Positions 39,457 through 51,790 of a DNA stretch of 64,000 nucleotides are shown here, in pieces. This stretch comes from Felis catus. Taxonomy: Eukaryota. The notes beneath the pieces were generated by a model. The model was not told the DNA's origin. It worked only from the letters and a program-made list of their open reading frames with translations, and did not search any database. Position 1 is the first letter of the stretch. Every line of letters starts with the position of its first letter. The stretch lies in contig NC_058368.1 of assembly GCF_018350175.1 (NCBI RefSeq), forward strand, positions 100,132,001 to 100,196,000, written 5' to 3'. A program made the position numbers and the translations under genes.

Positions 39457-40088
39457 AAGACATAGTCTAAATTTTGTTAATTCTGTGATAATAAGCCCAA
39501 GATAATTTTTTTCAGTCACCATAAAAATGACTACCATAAGTAAATTACAAATAATGATGGGTATGGTTATGGGAAAGGACTCATTATTTTAAGATGGATT
39601 TTATTTTAACTGAATACATACTGTTCCAATGATCTTTTCTTTTCCATTAAGAAAATGAATTAGAAGCATAAGTATAATTATGCCTAAAGTTAAAACCAGA
39701 AAATGGAAGAGAAAAAAAATCTTTCTATTATGGAAAATTTTAAACATCAATAAAAGTAGAGAGAATAATAGGATGAACTCTCAGGCACCCACCATCCAGC
39801 TTCAGCACTTACCAAACATGCCAATCTCAATTCATCTGGAGACCCCGCACTCTGTCCCTGGATTATTTTGAAAGCAATTCATGAGTGCATATCACTTTAT
39901 CTACACATTCTTGAGAACAAACGCACTTGTTAATGAAAAATATAAAATATGCCAGAAAGGATAGATGATTGTCATGAACTTAATATTTCTAGTCAAAGCA
40001 AAGCATGAGCAACAATGGGATTTCACCCTAAAAAGTACTATTACATTTTTGGTATGACCAGCTCTAACTTCTACTCAAGCAGGGAGAA

Positions 40089-40294
40089 ATTTTTTTTAAC
40101 GTTTTTAATTTTATTTTTGAGAGAGAGAGAATGCGAGCAGGAGAGAGGTAGAGAGAGAGAGAAACACAGAATCCAAAGCAGGCTCTAGGCACTGTGCTGT
40201 CAGTTGAGAGCCCAAAACGGGGCTCAAACTCAGGAACTGTGAGATCATGACCTGAACCGAAGTCAGACAGTAGACTGAGCCACCCAGGTGCCCC
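40089..40294 (-). mobile_element. SINEC
   Basis: Reverse SINEC; TSD-like AGAAATTTT. Confidence 0.9.
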
Positions 40295-41079
40295 AAGAAA
40301 TTTTAAAGTTCTCCTTGCTCTTTTTTCCCCTCTAATTTTGTATCACTGAATTTAAGATATATTGATGATTTCACTAGATCCACATATTAACCCAAATGAA
40401 AGCACTTCAATTTTAATAAAGCTTTCCATCAGAAGTAAGAATATTTTCCAGTTACCACCACTTTTAGGGTAAAATTGTTAATATTTGACCTCGGTGAAGG
40501 AAAATCCTAACATAATTATTTTTGTCTACTAAAACAGCCACACTGACTTGTTTTTTAAAAAAACTCCTGTTGTTATAATTTGTCAAAAGAAACAATTTTG
40601 GGAAGTGATGTTGGTGTGTGTATGTATTTGCGTGCTTATGTAAACACACAGTGAAAATGCCTTAGAATTGTAAGATAATGCTATAGTTTGTTAGCTTATG
40701 TTCAGTCAGCACACATAAGTTTGGCCATACTTGGTAAAATATTAAGATACTTATAGGAGACTAGCTGCATTTCTAAACCTCCTACGTTCCTGCTACATCA
40801 GGCTTTTGGATCTCCCATGATCCAGTAACTAAAAGGTTAGAATGTAGCCCCATTGAGAACCTGCATGACCCTGTTCTAGCATTAGGCACTTCCATGATCT
40901 GATTGCCTCAGTGCTTGTAAATATTTTGAAAACCTGCTCAAGTTTAGAAGATGATATAGAACTGATCCAGGGAGTAGATAGAAATGTGGAACAAACTGTG
41001 GCAGGAAAAGAAGGCAAGTCCCAGAAAAGCAGGTTGGAGATAACTAGAAAGCCTGACTAAGAGCTTCCTATGTGCATTA

Positions 41080-41113
<34 letters not shown>

Positions 41114-41209
41114 AACTTTTTACTTCAATGTGAGAAGACCAGAAATAGATTATAGATAGAGGTAATAATTAAAAAATTCACAGGAGGATTGTATAAAGAG
41201 TGCTAGCTG

Positions 41210-41533
41210 ACTTTTCTTCTCTTCTCTTTTCTTTTTTCTTTTCTTTTCTTCCCTCCCTTCCTTTCTTCCTTCCTCCCTGCCCTGCCTCCTTCCCTTCCCT
41301 TCCTTTCCCTTCCCTTCCCTTCCCTTCCCTTCCCTTCCCTTCCCTTCCTTTCCTTTCTTTTCCTTTTTTTTTTTTTTTTTTTTGTAGAGAGAGAACATCT
41401 TAAATAGGCTCCATGCCCAGCACGGAGCCCAACACAGAGCCCAATGCAGAGCTCAATCTCACAACGGTGAGATCTTGACCTGAGCTGAAATCAAGAGTTT
41501 GATGTTTAGCAAACCGAGCTACCCAGGTGCCCA
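41210..41533 (-). mobile_element. SINEC-type element (41384-41533) with tail expanded into a ~170-nt (CCCTT)n/polypyrimidine tract
   Basis: Reverse SINE head ending ...ACCCAGGTGCCC; adjacent pure C/T-rich tract. Confidence 0.8.
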
Positions 41534-41829
41534 AGCTCAGTTAACTTTGTTGATAAAAGATGCTGCTGGTAGGCACTGTAAAACAAAGGAAAGAAAAGAA
41601 AAAAAAATTTGCTTATGTAATGCAATATAAATTTGCCAAGAATGGTTTTGTAAGAAACTTTATTAGCTTATGACTACTTCATCCACTTGCCATGCTAACC
41701 AATATTTTACCTTCCTCTCTGGACAGCACCCTTACTGGTGCTCACAGCTTTTGCTGAATGTTCATGGACATCAGGCTCTTCTCCAGGCTATCAAGCTCTT
41801 ACCAGTTGAGGTAAATGCCTACCCGTATA

Positions 41830-42410
41830 TAACAGCTGTATTCTTTCTCCAGTCTGGTTTTGTCAGCTGTATTTACAACTTTTATAAATTATTACATAAA
41901 TTAGTAAAATTGATGGAAGATGTATTTACAACTTTAACTTATAAGTTACTATATAAGTTAATAAAATAAGATAGTTGTTCCCAAGAAAATTAAGTTGAAA
42001 GCTTTTAAAACACTTGATGGAGGTGAGTCACTAAAAACTGCTTTTGCATTACATGTGGACAATTAGTGTAAAAAATTGGGATGGGGAGAAAGATTGTACA
42101 GTCAGATTGCTTTACAAGCAATCTTCAAACTCTCAACGTTAAAGAAATAAAAATTAGAAACTATAGGTAATGCATGCTGAAGAGGCTTATTTAAAAAAAA
42201 CAGCATGTATTCAATCATTTGACCTAATGGCTACACATCAAAAGATTGTGCATAAGTGTACATGCATTTGCATAATAGTGAATAAACGTCTATTTTTAAA
42301 TTGAAAAAGAAAGTTAAAGATAAGCCCAATTTTTTGTGAATAAGTGCTTGAACTGAATTTTTAAGTTAATAACCAACTATCAATTCAGATTACATCAGGA
42401 TTTCTACTGT
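41830..42410. mobile_element. Tigger-like DNA transposon relic
   Basis: Degenerate segments resembling a Tigger transposase N-terminal region (AAGTTGAAAGCTTTT...CAGATTGCTTTACAAG...AAATTAGAAACTATAG); by eye. Confidence 0.4.
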
Positions 42411-43914
42411 ATGTGACAGAACCAACTAGAAGTTAAAAGTATGAGTTTTGTTATAGTCATAAATGTTCTATATAGAACTATTTATAAGACTAACAGAAGG
42501 GACTAGAGACTCCTATAAACGTTGTGTCTCCCGCGTACACTATTCGTGTTTGAAGAGGAGTCGGAACAAGAGTCTAATGTTTCATCCTCTCCTGTGTGGG
42601 AGAAAGTGCAAGAAAAAGGGAAACTGATCCAACAAGGCGCTATGACCTGTGTTTACCTGTTCCAGGAGGTTCTTGTTGTGCCCTGGGCAGCAGTATGAGT
42701 TGCTCAGAGAGGGGAGTGGCCCTGGTGCTCCAGGATCTGGCTCTCGGCTCTGACTTCAGGAGATTGGAGGAATCTGCATCACCCTAAGGGACCAGACTTT
42801 CTCCAAAAATTCTGCCCCAGAGGTGATTGCTAACACTTAGGAATGTATAATACAGTGAGGGGAAAGGTTAAAAAGTACACACCAAGACTTAAATCTACAC
42901 CAAATGTGGTTTCTTTTTTCTTTAAAATTCTCTTCTTGCCTTGGCAACCCTATTCCTGCTGATGCCAGAAAAATAATGGCACTTGCCAATTAAAGGCACG
43001 TTATTCCCTTAAAATTCAAAAATGTTAATCAGGGTTAACTTTCGCTTTCAAGATTTTGTACTTCCTTTCTTTCTGCCCACACTGGCATCTGGATATAAGG
43101 GGAAGCAAAAGCAGCCTTTGAACACTGGAGGAGGGCAGTCTTTCTCACCAGCTTTTGCTCAGATACCCTCATCTTGCCTTGTTCCTGGGAAAGTGTGTGG
43201 TGTCTGCTGAGTTGGAGTGGGTCTTGTCTGTACTAGTGCTGTGGTGTTCTGCTGGCATGCATACGCCAGTGATCATGGATGTAGCCATTGTCTTTATTTT
43301 ACAGTGACCCCCGTTCCACAGTCTCCTGGGTCTGTGTGTCTTGTTCATGAGCGTCCCACTGGGAAACTCCAGAGTGTTTGCCTGCCTTCTGCACACAATA
43401 TGGCAGGGTGCAGGATTCTGTGAGCAGCTCAAAGCCCTTCCCTCAGCCTTCGCTGTTACTCTCTCACCAAAGTCGATGTGGGGCTTTGCTAAGGAATGTA
43501 TTCTCCCTGACGGGTTTTGTGGACAGAGACTATCAGCTCTTGAATCATCCCATGACCTGTTTGATATCTTTCCACTTCAGCCCAGGAACACTGACCCTAA
43601 GAGGTAAGCTGGAATACTTGGCCATGACCCCTTACCCAATTCGACCTTTCTTGGCTCTGATGCATACAAACTGGAAGAGTCTCTCCTTTACTCTGTTGGT
43701 TTGAACCTTCCCTCACACCATTCTTCATGCTTCGCTTTACTATGGTTTACAATAAATATGCTCAGACCTTCACATTTTGTTCTTTATACATAAACGGAAG
43801 TTTAGGATTTACTTTTAAAAACTCTATTTCAACAAGGTCTGGATCTCAGTGCTGTTATTTCACAAAAGACTCAAAAGAATTTGCTTTTAGACTCAACTCT
43901 GAGCAACAGCATTT

Positions 43915-44121
43915 AAAAAAAATTTTTTTTAATGTTTATTTACTTCTGAGAGAGAGACAGTGGGGCAGGGGCAGAGATAGGTGGAGACATAGAATCGGAA
44001 GCAGGCTGCATTCCCTGAGCTGTCAGCACAGAGCCCAACACAGGGCTCGAACTCATGGACTACGAGGTCATGACCTGAGCCGAAGTCAGATGCTTAACTG
44101 ATTAAGCCGCCCAGGAGCCCC
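43915..44121 (-). mobile_element. SINEC
   Basis: Reverse SINEC ending ...GCCGCCCAGGAGCCCC. Confidence 0.9.
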
Positions 44122-45668
44122 ATAAGTGGCACAAAATTTGTGATAAAAAATTGTTTTGAGAGCCAGAGAAAGAAAAGAAACATTACCTAACTAGGAACAA
44201 AGACCAGAATTACACCACATTTCTTAATGAAACAATACAAGTGAGATGACAATAGAACATCTTTGAGGTTTTGAAAGAAGAAAAAAATGTGTTAGTTTAG
44301 AATTTTATACCCAGTCACAATAGTTTTCAAAAACGAAGGTAAAATAAAAACTGTCTAAAAGGTACAAATGCTGAAAGAATTCATCACCAAGAGACCCGTA
44401 TAATATAAAAATTTACAGCAAGACCCTAAGAAAGAAAATAATAGTGCTGGAAATATGGATATACATAAAAGAAGAATACCAGAAAAGGTACAATTATATA
44501 GAGGCAAGTATGTAATATTTTAAAAAATTATTTAAATATCTTTAAAAGATAATGACTGTTTGGGCACCTAAGTGCCTCAGTCAGTTAGGTATCTAACTCT
44601 TGATTTGGGGTCAGGTCATGATCTCACAGTTCATGAGATAGAGCCCTGCCTCAGGCTCTGTGCTGATAGCACAGAGTCTGCTTGGGATTCTTTGTCTCTG
44701 TGCCCTTCCCCTGCTCATGTGTTATTACTCTGTCTGTCTGTCTGAATGAATGAATGAATGAATAAATAATTATTTAAAGAGTAATAGATGTGTAAGAAAA
44801 ATGTATGAAAACAATAGTATAACGACCACAGGGGGAGAAATGAAATGTATTATTCTAAGGTTTTTAAACTATACATAAAATTGTCTAAGAATACTTGATA
44901 GTGGAATGTGATAAGTAAAAGGTGTATACTATAAATCTGAAAGAAACCAGTAAAATAACAAAACAAAAGGTTATAAGTAATAAGCAGAAAAAAAGGAGTG
45001 AAAATTGGAAACATAAAAATACTTAACTCTAAAGCACGGAGAGAGATATTGAAAACAACCGAAAATTTGTGACTACAAAACAAATAATGTAGGAGCAACT
45101 GAATAGATGCAGAAAAGTCATTTGAAAAATCCAATATCCATTCCTGATTAAAAACTAAATAAAAAGTATTCAAAACTCTGAATGGACCAGGTGTACAAGG
45201 GAACTTCTTCAACCTGAGAAAGGGGATTTACAGAAGAACAAACAAACTACAGCTTACATCTCGCTTAATGGGGAAATATTGAATGTTTCCCCAAAGACAA
45301 GGGACAAAATGAGGAAGTCTACTGTCCCCACATCTATTCGCCATTATGCTAGAGGATCTAGCCAGTTCAACAGGGCAAGACAAATAAAGGCATACAATAT
45401 GAAAAGGAAGAAATAAAATGATATTCACAGATGACATGATTATCTTTGCAAAAAACCTCTTGGAATCTACAAAAAAAAGTTTATAGAAATAATAAACAAG
45501 TTTAACACAGCTGCAGAATATTGAATTGATATACAGAAATCAATTGTATTTCTTTATGCTAGCAATAATCCATCAATGATCAAAATTACAAACAGTATCA
45601 TTTCCTGTTTCTTTAGATACTGTAAGTCCTGAAAACTATAAAATGGTGTTGAAATTCAAGAAGAATGA

Positions 45669-45890
45669 GGGGCGCCTGGGTGGCGCAGTCGGTTAAGCGT
45701 CTGACTTCAGCCAGGTCACGATCTCACGGTCCGTGGGTTCGAGCCCTGCGTCGGGCTCTGGGCTGATGGCTCGGAGCCTGGAGCCTGTTTCTGATTCTGT
45801 GTCTCCCTCTCTCTCTGCCCCTCCTCCGTTCATGCTCTGTCTCTCTCTGTCCCAAAAATAAATAAAAAAAAAAAACGTTGAAAAAAAAAA
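45669..45890 (+). mobile_element. Young SINEC_Fc-type insertion, 20-bp TSD
   Basis: TSD TTGAAATTCAAGAAGAATGA at 45649-45668 and 45891-45910. Confidence 0.96.
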
Positions 45891-46566
45891 TTGAAATTCA
45901 AGAAGAATGAAATTAACAGAGAGATACTGCTTGTTCACAGCTCAGGAGATGTTAAGATACTATAAAGATGTTAATTTGCCCCAATTAATGTATAGTTGCA
46001 CTGAATCTAAAAAACAAAACAACAACAAAAATATCCCAGCAGGTGGTTTTGTAGAAACTGAGAAGTTGTTCATATGGAAATTCATATGGAAATGGAAGAG
46101 TCAGCCACAACACTTTTGAAAAAGAGGAACCAAATCAGGAGACCAACACTACCCAATTCGAACATTTATAAAGCTCCAGAAAACAAGGCAATATGGTATT
46201 GATTTAAATATAGATAAACTAATCAGTGGAACAGAGTAGATGGTCCAGAAACAAGCCCACACACTTATGGTCAGTTGGTTTTCAAAATGATACAAACACA
46301 ATTCAAATTATCTTCTCAACAGATGGCGCTTGAACAAATGGCTATCCATATGCAAACAAATAAATTTCAATGTATATTTCACACCACATACAAAAATGAA
46401 CTCAAATGTACAGTCTAGAACTATAAATTTTCCAGAAGAAAACACAGGGGAAACATTTTTTGACCTCGGTTTAGGCAAAGTTATTTTAGATACAACACCA
46501 AAAGCAGGATTCATACACACAAAAAAATTGATAAATTTGACTCTATCAAAATTAAAAACCCTTATC

Positions 46567-46633
46567 TACAGTAGCCAAATTATGGAAACAGCCCAAATGT
46601 CCATCAACTGATGAATGCATAAAGTTGTAGTAA

Positions 46634-46666
<33 letters not shown>

Positions 46667-47076
46667 CAATGGAATATTACTCAGCCAAAAAAAAAAAAAG
46701 AATGGAATCTTGCCATTTGCAACAATGTGGTTGGAGCTAGAGAGTATTATGCTAAGAAAAATAAGTCAGTCAAAGACAAATACCATATTATTTCACTCAT
46801 ATGTGCAATTTCAGAAACAAAACAAAGGATCATTGGGAAGAAGAGAGAGAGAGAGAGAAAGCAAGAAACAGATTCTCGACTGTAGAGAACAAACTGATGG
46901 TACCCAGAGGGGAGGGAGGTGGGGGGGGGGATGGGTTAAATAGGTCATGGGGATTAAGGAGACCACTTGTAGTGATGAGCATCCCGTGTTGTAGGTAAGT
47001 ATTGAATCACTGAATTTGTACACCTGAAACTAATATTACAGTATGTTAACTAACTGGAATTTATATTAGAAAAAAA
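46567..47076 (+). mobile_element. 5'-truncated carnivore L1 3' end nested in the older L1
   Basis: GGAAACAGCCCAAATGTCCATCAACTGATGAATG...TTGCCATTTGCAACAATGTGG...CCTGAAACTAATATTACAGTATGTTAACTAACTGGAATTT plus A tail. Confidence 0.85.
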
Positions 47077-47335
47077 TTTAAAGCTTTTTCAAAAGACACT
47101 TTTAAGAGAATTAAGACAAGTCAGAGACTGGGGAAAATACTTGTAAATCATTTATCTGATAAAGGGCTTATATCCAAAATATATAAGGAACACTCAAAAT
47201 TTAATAATGGATAAACAATCAAAAATTGTAAATAGCAAAAATATTTTAACAGGCTATCACAAAATGATCAACCTCTAATACCCGATATTAGGAAGCAAGA
47301 GAAGAGGGTCTCATTTATAAGTTGGTGATTAACTG

Positions 47336-47397
47336 TTTTTTTTTAGGTTTATTTATTTATTTTCAAGTGAGAGAGAGTGAGCAGGAGAGGGGCAGAA

Positions 47398-47429
<32 letters not shown>

Positions 47430-47570
47430 TCCTAAGCAGGCTCCAGCTTTGTCAGCTGACAGCACAGAACCCCAAGGTGAGACTCAATCTCAGGAATGGA
47501 ACCTTGAGATCATGACCTGAGCCAAAATCAAGAGTCAGACACTTAACAAACTGAGCCACCCAAGTGCCCC
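47336..47570 (-). mobile_element. SINEC
   Basis: Reverse SINEC with (GA)n. Confidence 0.9.
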
Positions 47571-47752
47571 TAGCATGGTGATTAGTGATAAAGCTAGGTA
47601 GAAGGTGTTCAAGTACTGATTGCTTCAGTAGGCTTCCTCCAGCTAGTACCTCAGATGATTAGTCTGAAACTTCTGATACATGCATTACTGTTCTGTCTTC
47701 CTTTACATGCCCAGCAACTTCTCAATTTTAATAAAAATTAAATTAATTTCTT

Positions 47753-47960
47753 GGGGCACCTGAATAACTCAATTTGTTAAGCATCCACCTCTTGATTTCA
47801 GCTCAGGTCATGATCTCATGGTTTGTGGGATCGAGCCCTATGTTGAGCACCATGCTGATGGTACAGAGCCTACTAGGGATTCTCTTTCTCCCTCTCTGCC
47901 CCTCCACTGCTCATGCTCTCTGTCTCTCTCAAAATAAATAAACAATCATTTTAAAAAATG
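47753..47960 (+). mobile_element. SINEC
   Basis: TSD AAATTAATTTCTT. Confidence 0.9.
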
Positions 47961-49504
47961 AAATTAATTTCTTTTCCTCTGTCCTACTAGAGTGCTAGAC
48001 GAATGTCATCTTGCTACCCAAAGTGTATAACGGGCTAAGAGTTTATGCTTTTTTCTAAATTGCCATTTTAAAACTCTGTTTTCAAATCAACACAAATATA
48101 TTAAGGCCAATTAAGTATAATCTATCCTGCTGAGTATTATTAGACAAACTCACAAATAAGTGTAAAAAGTCATCTCTGTCATCAAAGAGCGGGAAATGTA
48201 GCTACAGCTAAGAAGCAAAAGTTTTCAATGAAAGAAATTAAGTAGAATACAAATTTAGAATAACTGTTCTTTACAGATGGAAGAGGTACTTCTCCTAAGG
48301 CACTACATGGTTAAATGTCCAGGGAACATTCCAGACCATGGTTGCCATGAGAAATCTGAGGTTCATCATCATCTGGGCTGTTTGGGGCAGCTTTTCTTGA
48401 AAGAAGTGGGCCCGAAATTTGGTCTTGGAGGATTGTATAACATGCACCAAATGTTTGGCTGGGCCTAGGAAACACACAATTGCTTTTAATAAATTGTTGG
48501 GCTGATGTTCTCTGTTCCGAGAGTCAATATGTTCAGGGAGTGCTCTCTGCCAGTAAAAAGTCAGTCACTTTAGATGCTGCTGCTGGCAACCCTGCCAGTG
48601 GACGGCCCTTCTCCCTGGCCAACCACACAGTATGACCCAAGTCTAAAGGGCTTCTGCAGAAATCGCCCACCTGTTGGAACTAGAATGGAGGTACATGTTG
48701 GAGCACCTGTGCCTACCCATGTCTGGACGTGGTTATTAGTCCTTCATTGTCCCAAGTGGTAAACTTGTTCACAGATGTTACTGGAGGGAAAGTGCTCAGT
48801 GTTTATGCAGCAAATCTGCTCTGAAGAAACCATTCTATGTTCAACTGAGGAAATGCCATAGTTATTTTGGTATTCCTTTAATTTTGGAAGCCTCTATTAT
48901 TTGCAGGGCTGACCAAAAGGCTTTAAAAAAAATCCACAAATAAACATGAAATTCCTGTTTAATATGGTGGATGCTATTGGTTTTTGGAAAAAAAAAAAAA
49001 AAAAAGAATAGTCACTCTTGAACCCAACCAAAAAGCAAAAGCCCTTTCTGGTATTGACAGCCCAGAAACCTCATGACGGAAGCCTTATTTCTGAATTAGA
49101 ACATCTCCCTCAAAAAGGAGGCTCTGCAGGAAGGCCCTTTCTATTCTGAACATTCCTGAAACCGGTAGCAAAGAGCAGACAGAGATAAAACAAGGCTAAG
49201 AAGCAGTTTCCAAAAATCAATCTCTCATTGGCAATCAAGGAATTTCCCCCTCAAAAACATTATCTTTAGCTCTTTTTAACTTAAGCCTTTTCTGGGCTGG
49301 ATAAACAGAACAGAGTACATTTGGGTTCTTTACCCATCTTAATGGCTAATAAAATGTTTATTGTCTCCAGAAAAATAAAGACAAAGGAATAGTAATTTAT
49401 AATTTTTTTCGTGCATGTATAACTATTGTCTTGATGAATCAAAATAACTCTGGAATCAGTTGGAGTCAGCTATCCTTTGATTAGTTTAAATGATAATTGA
49501 TGTA

Positions 49505-49676
49505 GGGGCACCTGGGTCACTCAGTCGGTTGAGCAACGGACTCTTGATATCTGCTCAGGTCATGATCTCATGGTTTGTGGGATCAAGCGTCACATTGGGC
49601 TCTGTGTGGACAGCTCAGAGCCTGCTTGGGATTCCCTCTCTCCCTCTCTCTCTCTCTCCCTCCCCTGCTTATGCAC

Positions 49677-49713
<37 letters not shown>

Positions 49714-49730
49714 AAAACATAAATAAACTT
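49505..49730 (+). mobile_element. SINEC
   Basis: TSD AAATGATAATTGATGTA. Confidence 0.93.
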
Positions 49731-50229
49731 TAAATGATAATTGATGTAAACCTCTCTGGGAGATTCTTACTTGGGGGCAGGTTGGAATAAGGAGGGGGAT
49801 GATCTCTGATCTTTATCTCTGTCTCTGATCAGAGATCTGATTACCTCTGATCTCAAATTCCTACTTTTACTGAAGTTTTAATCTCTTCTCATCTGACTTG
49901 CAGTGTATGGACCCTGGCTTTTGCTTTTCTAAATACCACTGACCCAAGGCTGTGTGTAGAGGAGAATTTCCCAAAGATTTGAAACACACATGTGGGTGCA
50001 GCAGCGTGGAGCCCTTCACAGTGAATGGTAGGTATCTGTGTTTATAAACCTACCCTAGACACTTCTATAACCAGCAGGCCCTCTTTTCTAAAATAAAGAC
50101 CTGAACTCCCCTCCACAGTGCTGCTTTCACCCCCTCTCCTTTTAGATCTCATTACCCCTTCTTTAAAGTTTTACTGGCCCCAAAGCCAAGATCCTGTCGT
50201 GTAGTTCCTGTCTTAAACTCACCCCAGAC

Positions 50230-50402
50230 CAGTGCTATCCGGTAGAACTTTCTGTGATGGAAAATTTCTATAACCTGAGCTATGCAATATGGTAGCCACA
50301 TGTGTCTATTGAGTACTTAAAATGAATAAAATGTCACATTTAATTTTAATTAATTTATATTTACATTTGGTAGCTACATGTGGTATATTGGACAGCACAG
50401 GT
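50230..50402. mobile_element. MER3-like hAT DNA transposon relic
   Basis: Imperfect terminal inverted ends CAGTGCTATCC...GGACAGCACAG; internal AATATGGTAGCCACATGTG and TTTAATTTTAATTAATTT. Confidence 0.7.
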
Positions 50403-51564
50403 CCAGACCATTCACTATTGACCAAGAGGCCACTTTTTCAGAACTGGACAGACTTATTAAAATATGTTTCTCAGCAAAGATATTTAAAAACAGCAATAGT
50501 TTAAAAACAGGAATATAAAAAACAGGAAAAAATTTTTTTTCTTTCCACTTGCTAAATATCTAGTATGGTTTGTGTCCCTGTGCATGAAACTTAGCCATAA
50601 AAATATTTCAAAAATGAGAAAAAAACAACCCTCAATTTGGCCTTTATTATTCTGTTTGCGCCAGCCTCGCCCTGTCAAATACATCTTTTAAAATATATGC
50701 CTCTACATTTATTCAATGCCATTGTCCAAATATAAATTAGTAAATCATGATTCTGTGTTGAAGTCCTTGATAAATAACTTCTTAGAGTAGCCAAATAATT
50801 TAATAGATCTAAGCCATGGTTTTAAAATATGCGATTTGTGTTTCTAATTTTTCGGATACACTCCAGGTATATATGTTTTTCTTTTGTCAGTTGCATCTAA
50901 GGAGGTTTGGCATTTTATACAATGGGAACATGTGCTTGATTTAGGGCTTAATCTTCTTCCTCTGAAATACTGAATATGGCCCTGCTAACGTACTGTCCTG
51001 CATCTAATTGTGACTTCTTTTTGTATAAAGAATCAGTTTTGGAGCACTGCAATTGTTTTAAAGGAAGTATTACTTGTTCCAGGAGTGTAGATTTTGTTTC
51101 ACAATATGTATTTGCCTTCTACATTCCTTCCTTAATGTTTACTACGAATGTTAATCTTAAACAGATGGATTTTGTTTTTGTGATTGACTGTGCATTTAAT
51201 AGATGCTGTGAACCCTTCCCTGCACAGAAAGACTTGTGCTTTTGAGCCAAGGCCTGGCATGGTATTTCCTTTCTGAAACACTCCCTTGTTTAGTTATTTG
51301 CTTGTTCTACCTTTACATCTCTTCAGCTTTTTTTGGCACCCAATTGTTCAGGTGTTTCACATGAAAACATACCATTTCTGTTTCTGAAGACACATGCCCA
51401 AGCATCTTCCTCTCGTGACTCCGAATTGCCACCTTCCTGGTATGTTTTCGTTCTCACTGGGGAAGTAATGCAATTGTCTTCATTCTGTCTTGGAAAAAGA
51501 GTTCTGCAAAAGGAACCTTTGTTATTAGACTAATAATTTATTTTCTATTAATGTATCACATTAA

Positions 51565-51790
51565 GGGGCGCCTGGGTGGCTCAGTGGGTTAAGTGTCTGA
51601 CTTCGGATAAGGTCATGATCTCATGGTTTGTGAGTTCGAGCCCCGCCCCGTCAGGCTCTGCCCTATTAGCGCAGAGCCTGGAGCCTGCTTCGGATTCTGT
51701 GTCTCCCTCTCTCTCTGCCCCTCCCTCGCTCACACTCTATTTCCTTCTCTCTCAAAAAGAAATAAACATTTTAAAAAATTTAAAAAAATT
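51565..51790 (+). mobile_element. SINEC
   Basis: TSD TCACATTAAG. Confidence 0.92.

Larger units (their letters stand above)
44140..47260 (+). mobile_element. Old fragmented LINE-1 (ORF1 end/ORF2 pieces) hosting two SINECs (44562-44775, 45669-45890) and a younger L1 3' end
   Basis: L1 motifs AGAATTTTATACCCAG, ATAGATGCAGAAAAGTCATTTGA, ATTCACAGATGACATGATT, ACACCACATACAAAAATGAACTCAAA. Confidence 0.88.

Noticed and set aside
44850..46943. ORFs with L1 ORF2-like fragments
   Set aside because: Decayed LINE-1 with frameshifts and stops; not coding-competent
49800..49855. Repeated (T)CTCTGATC words
   Set aside because: Short low-complexity slippage with no further structure
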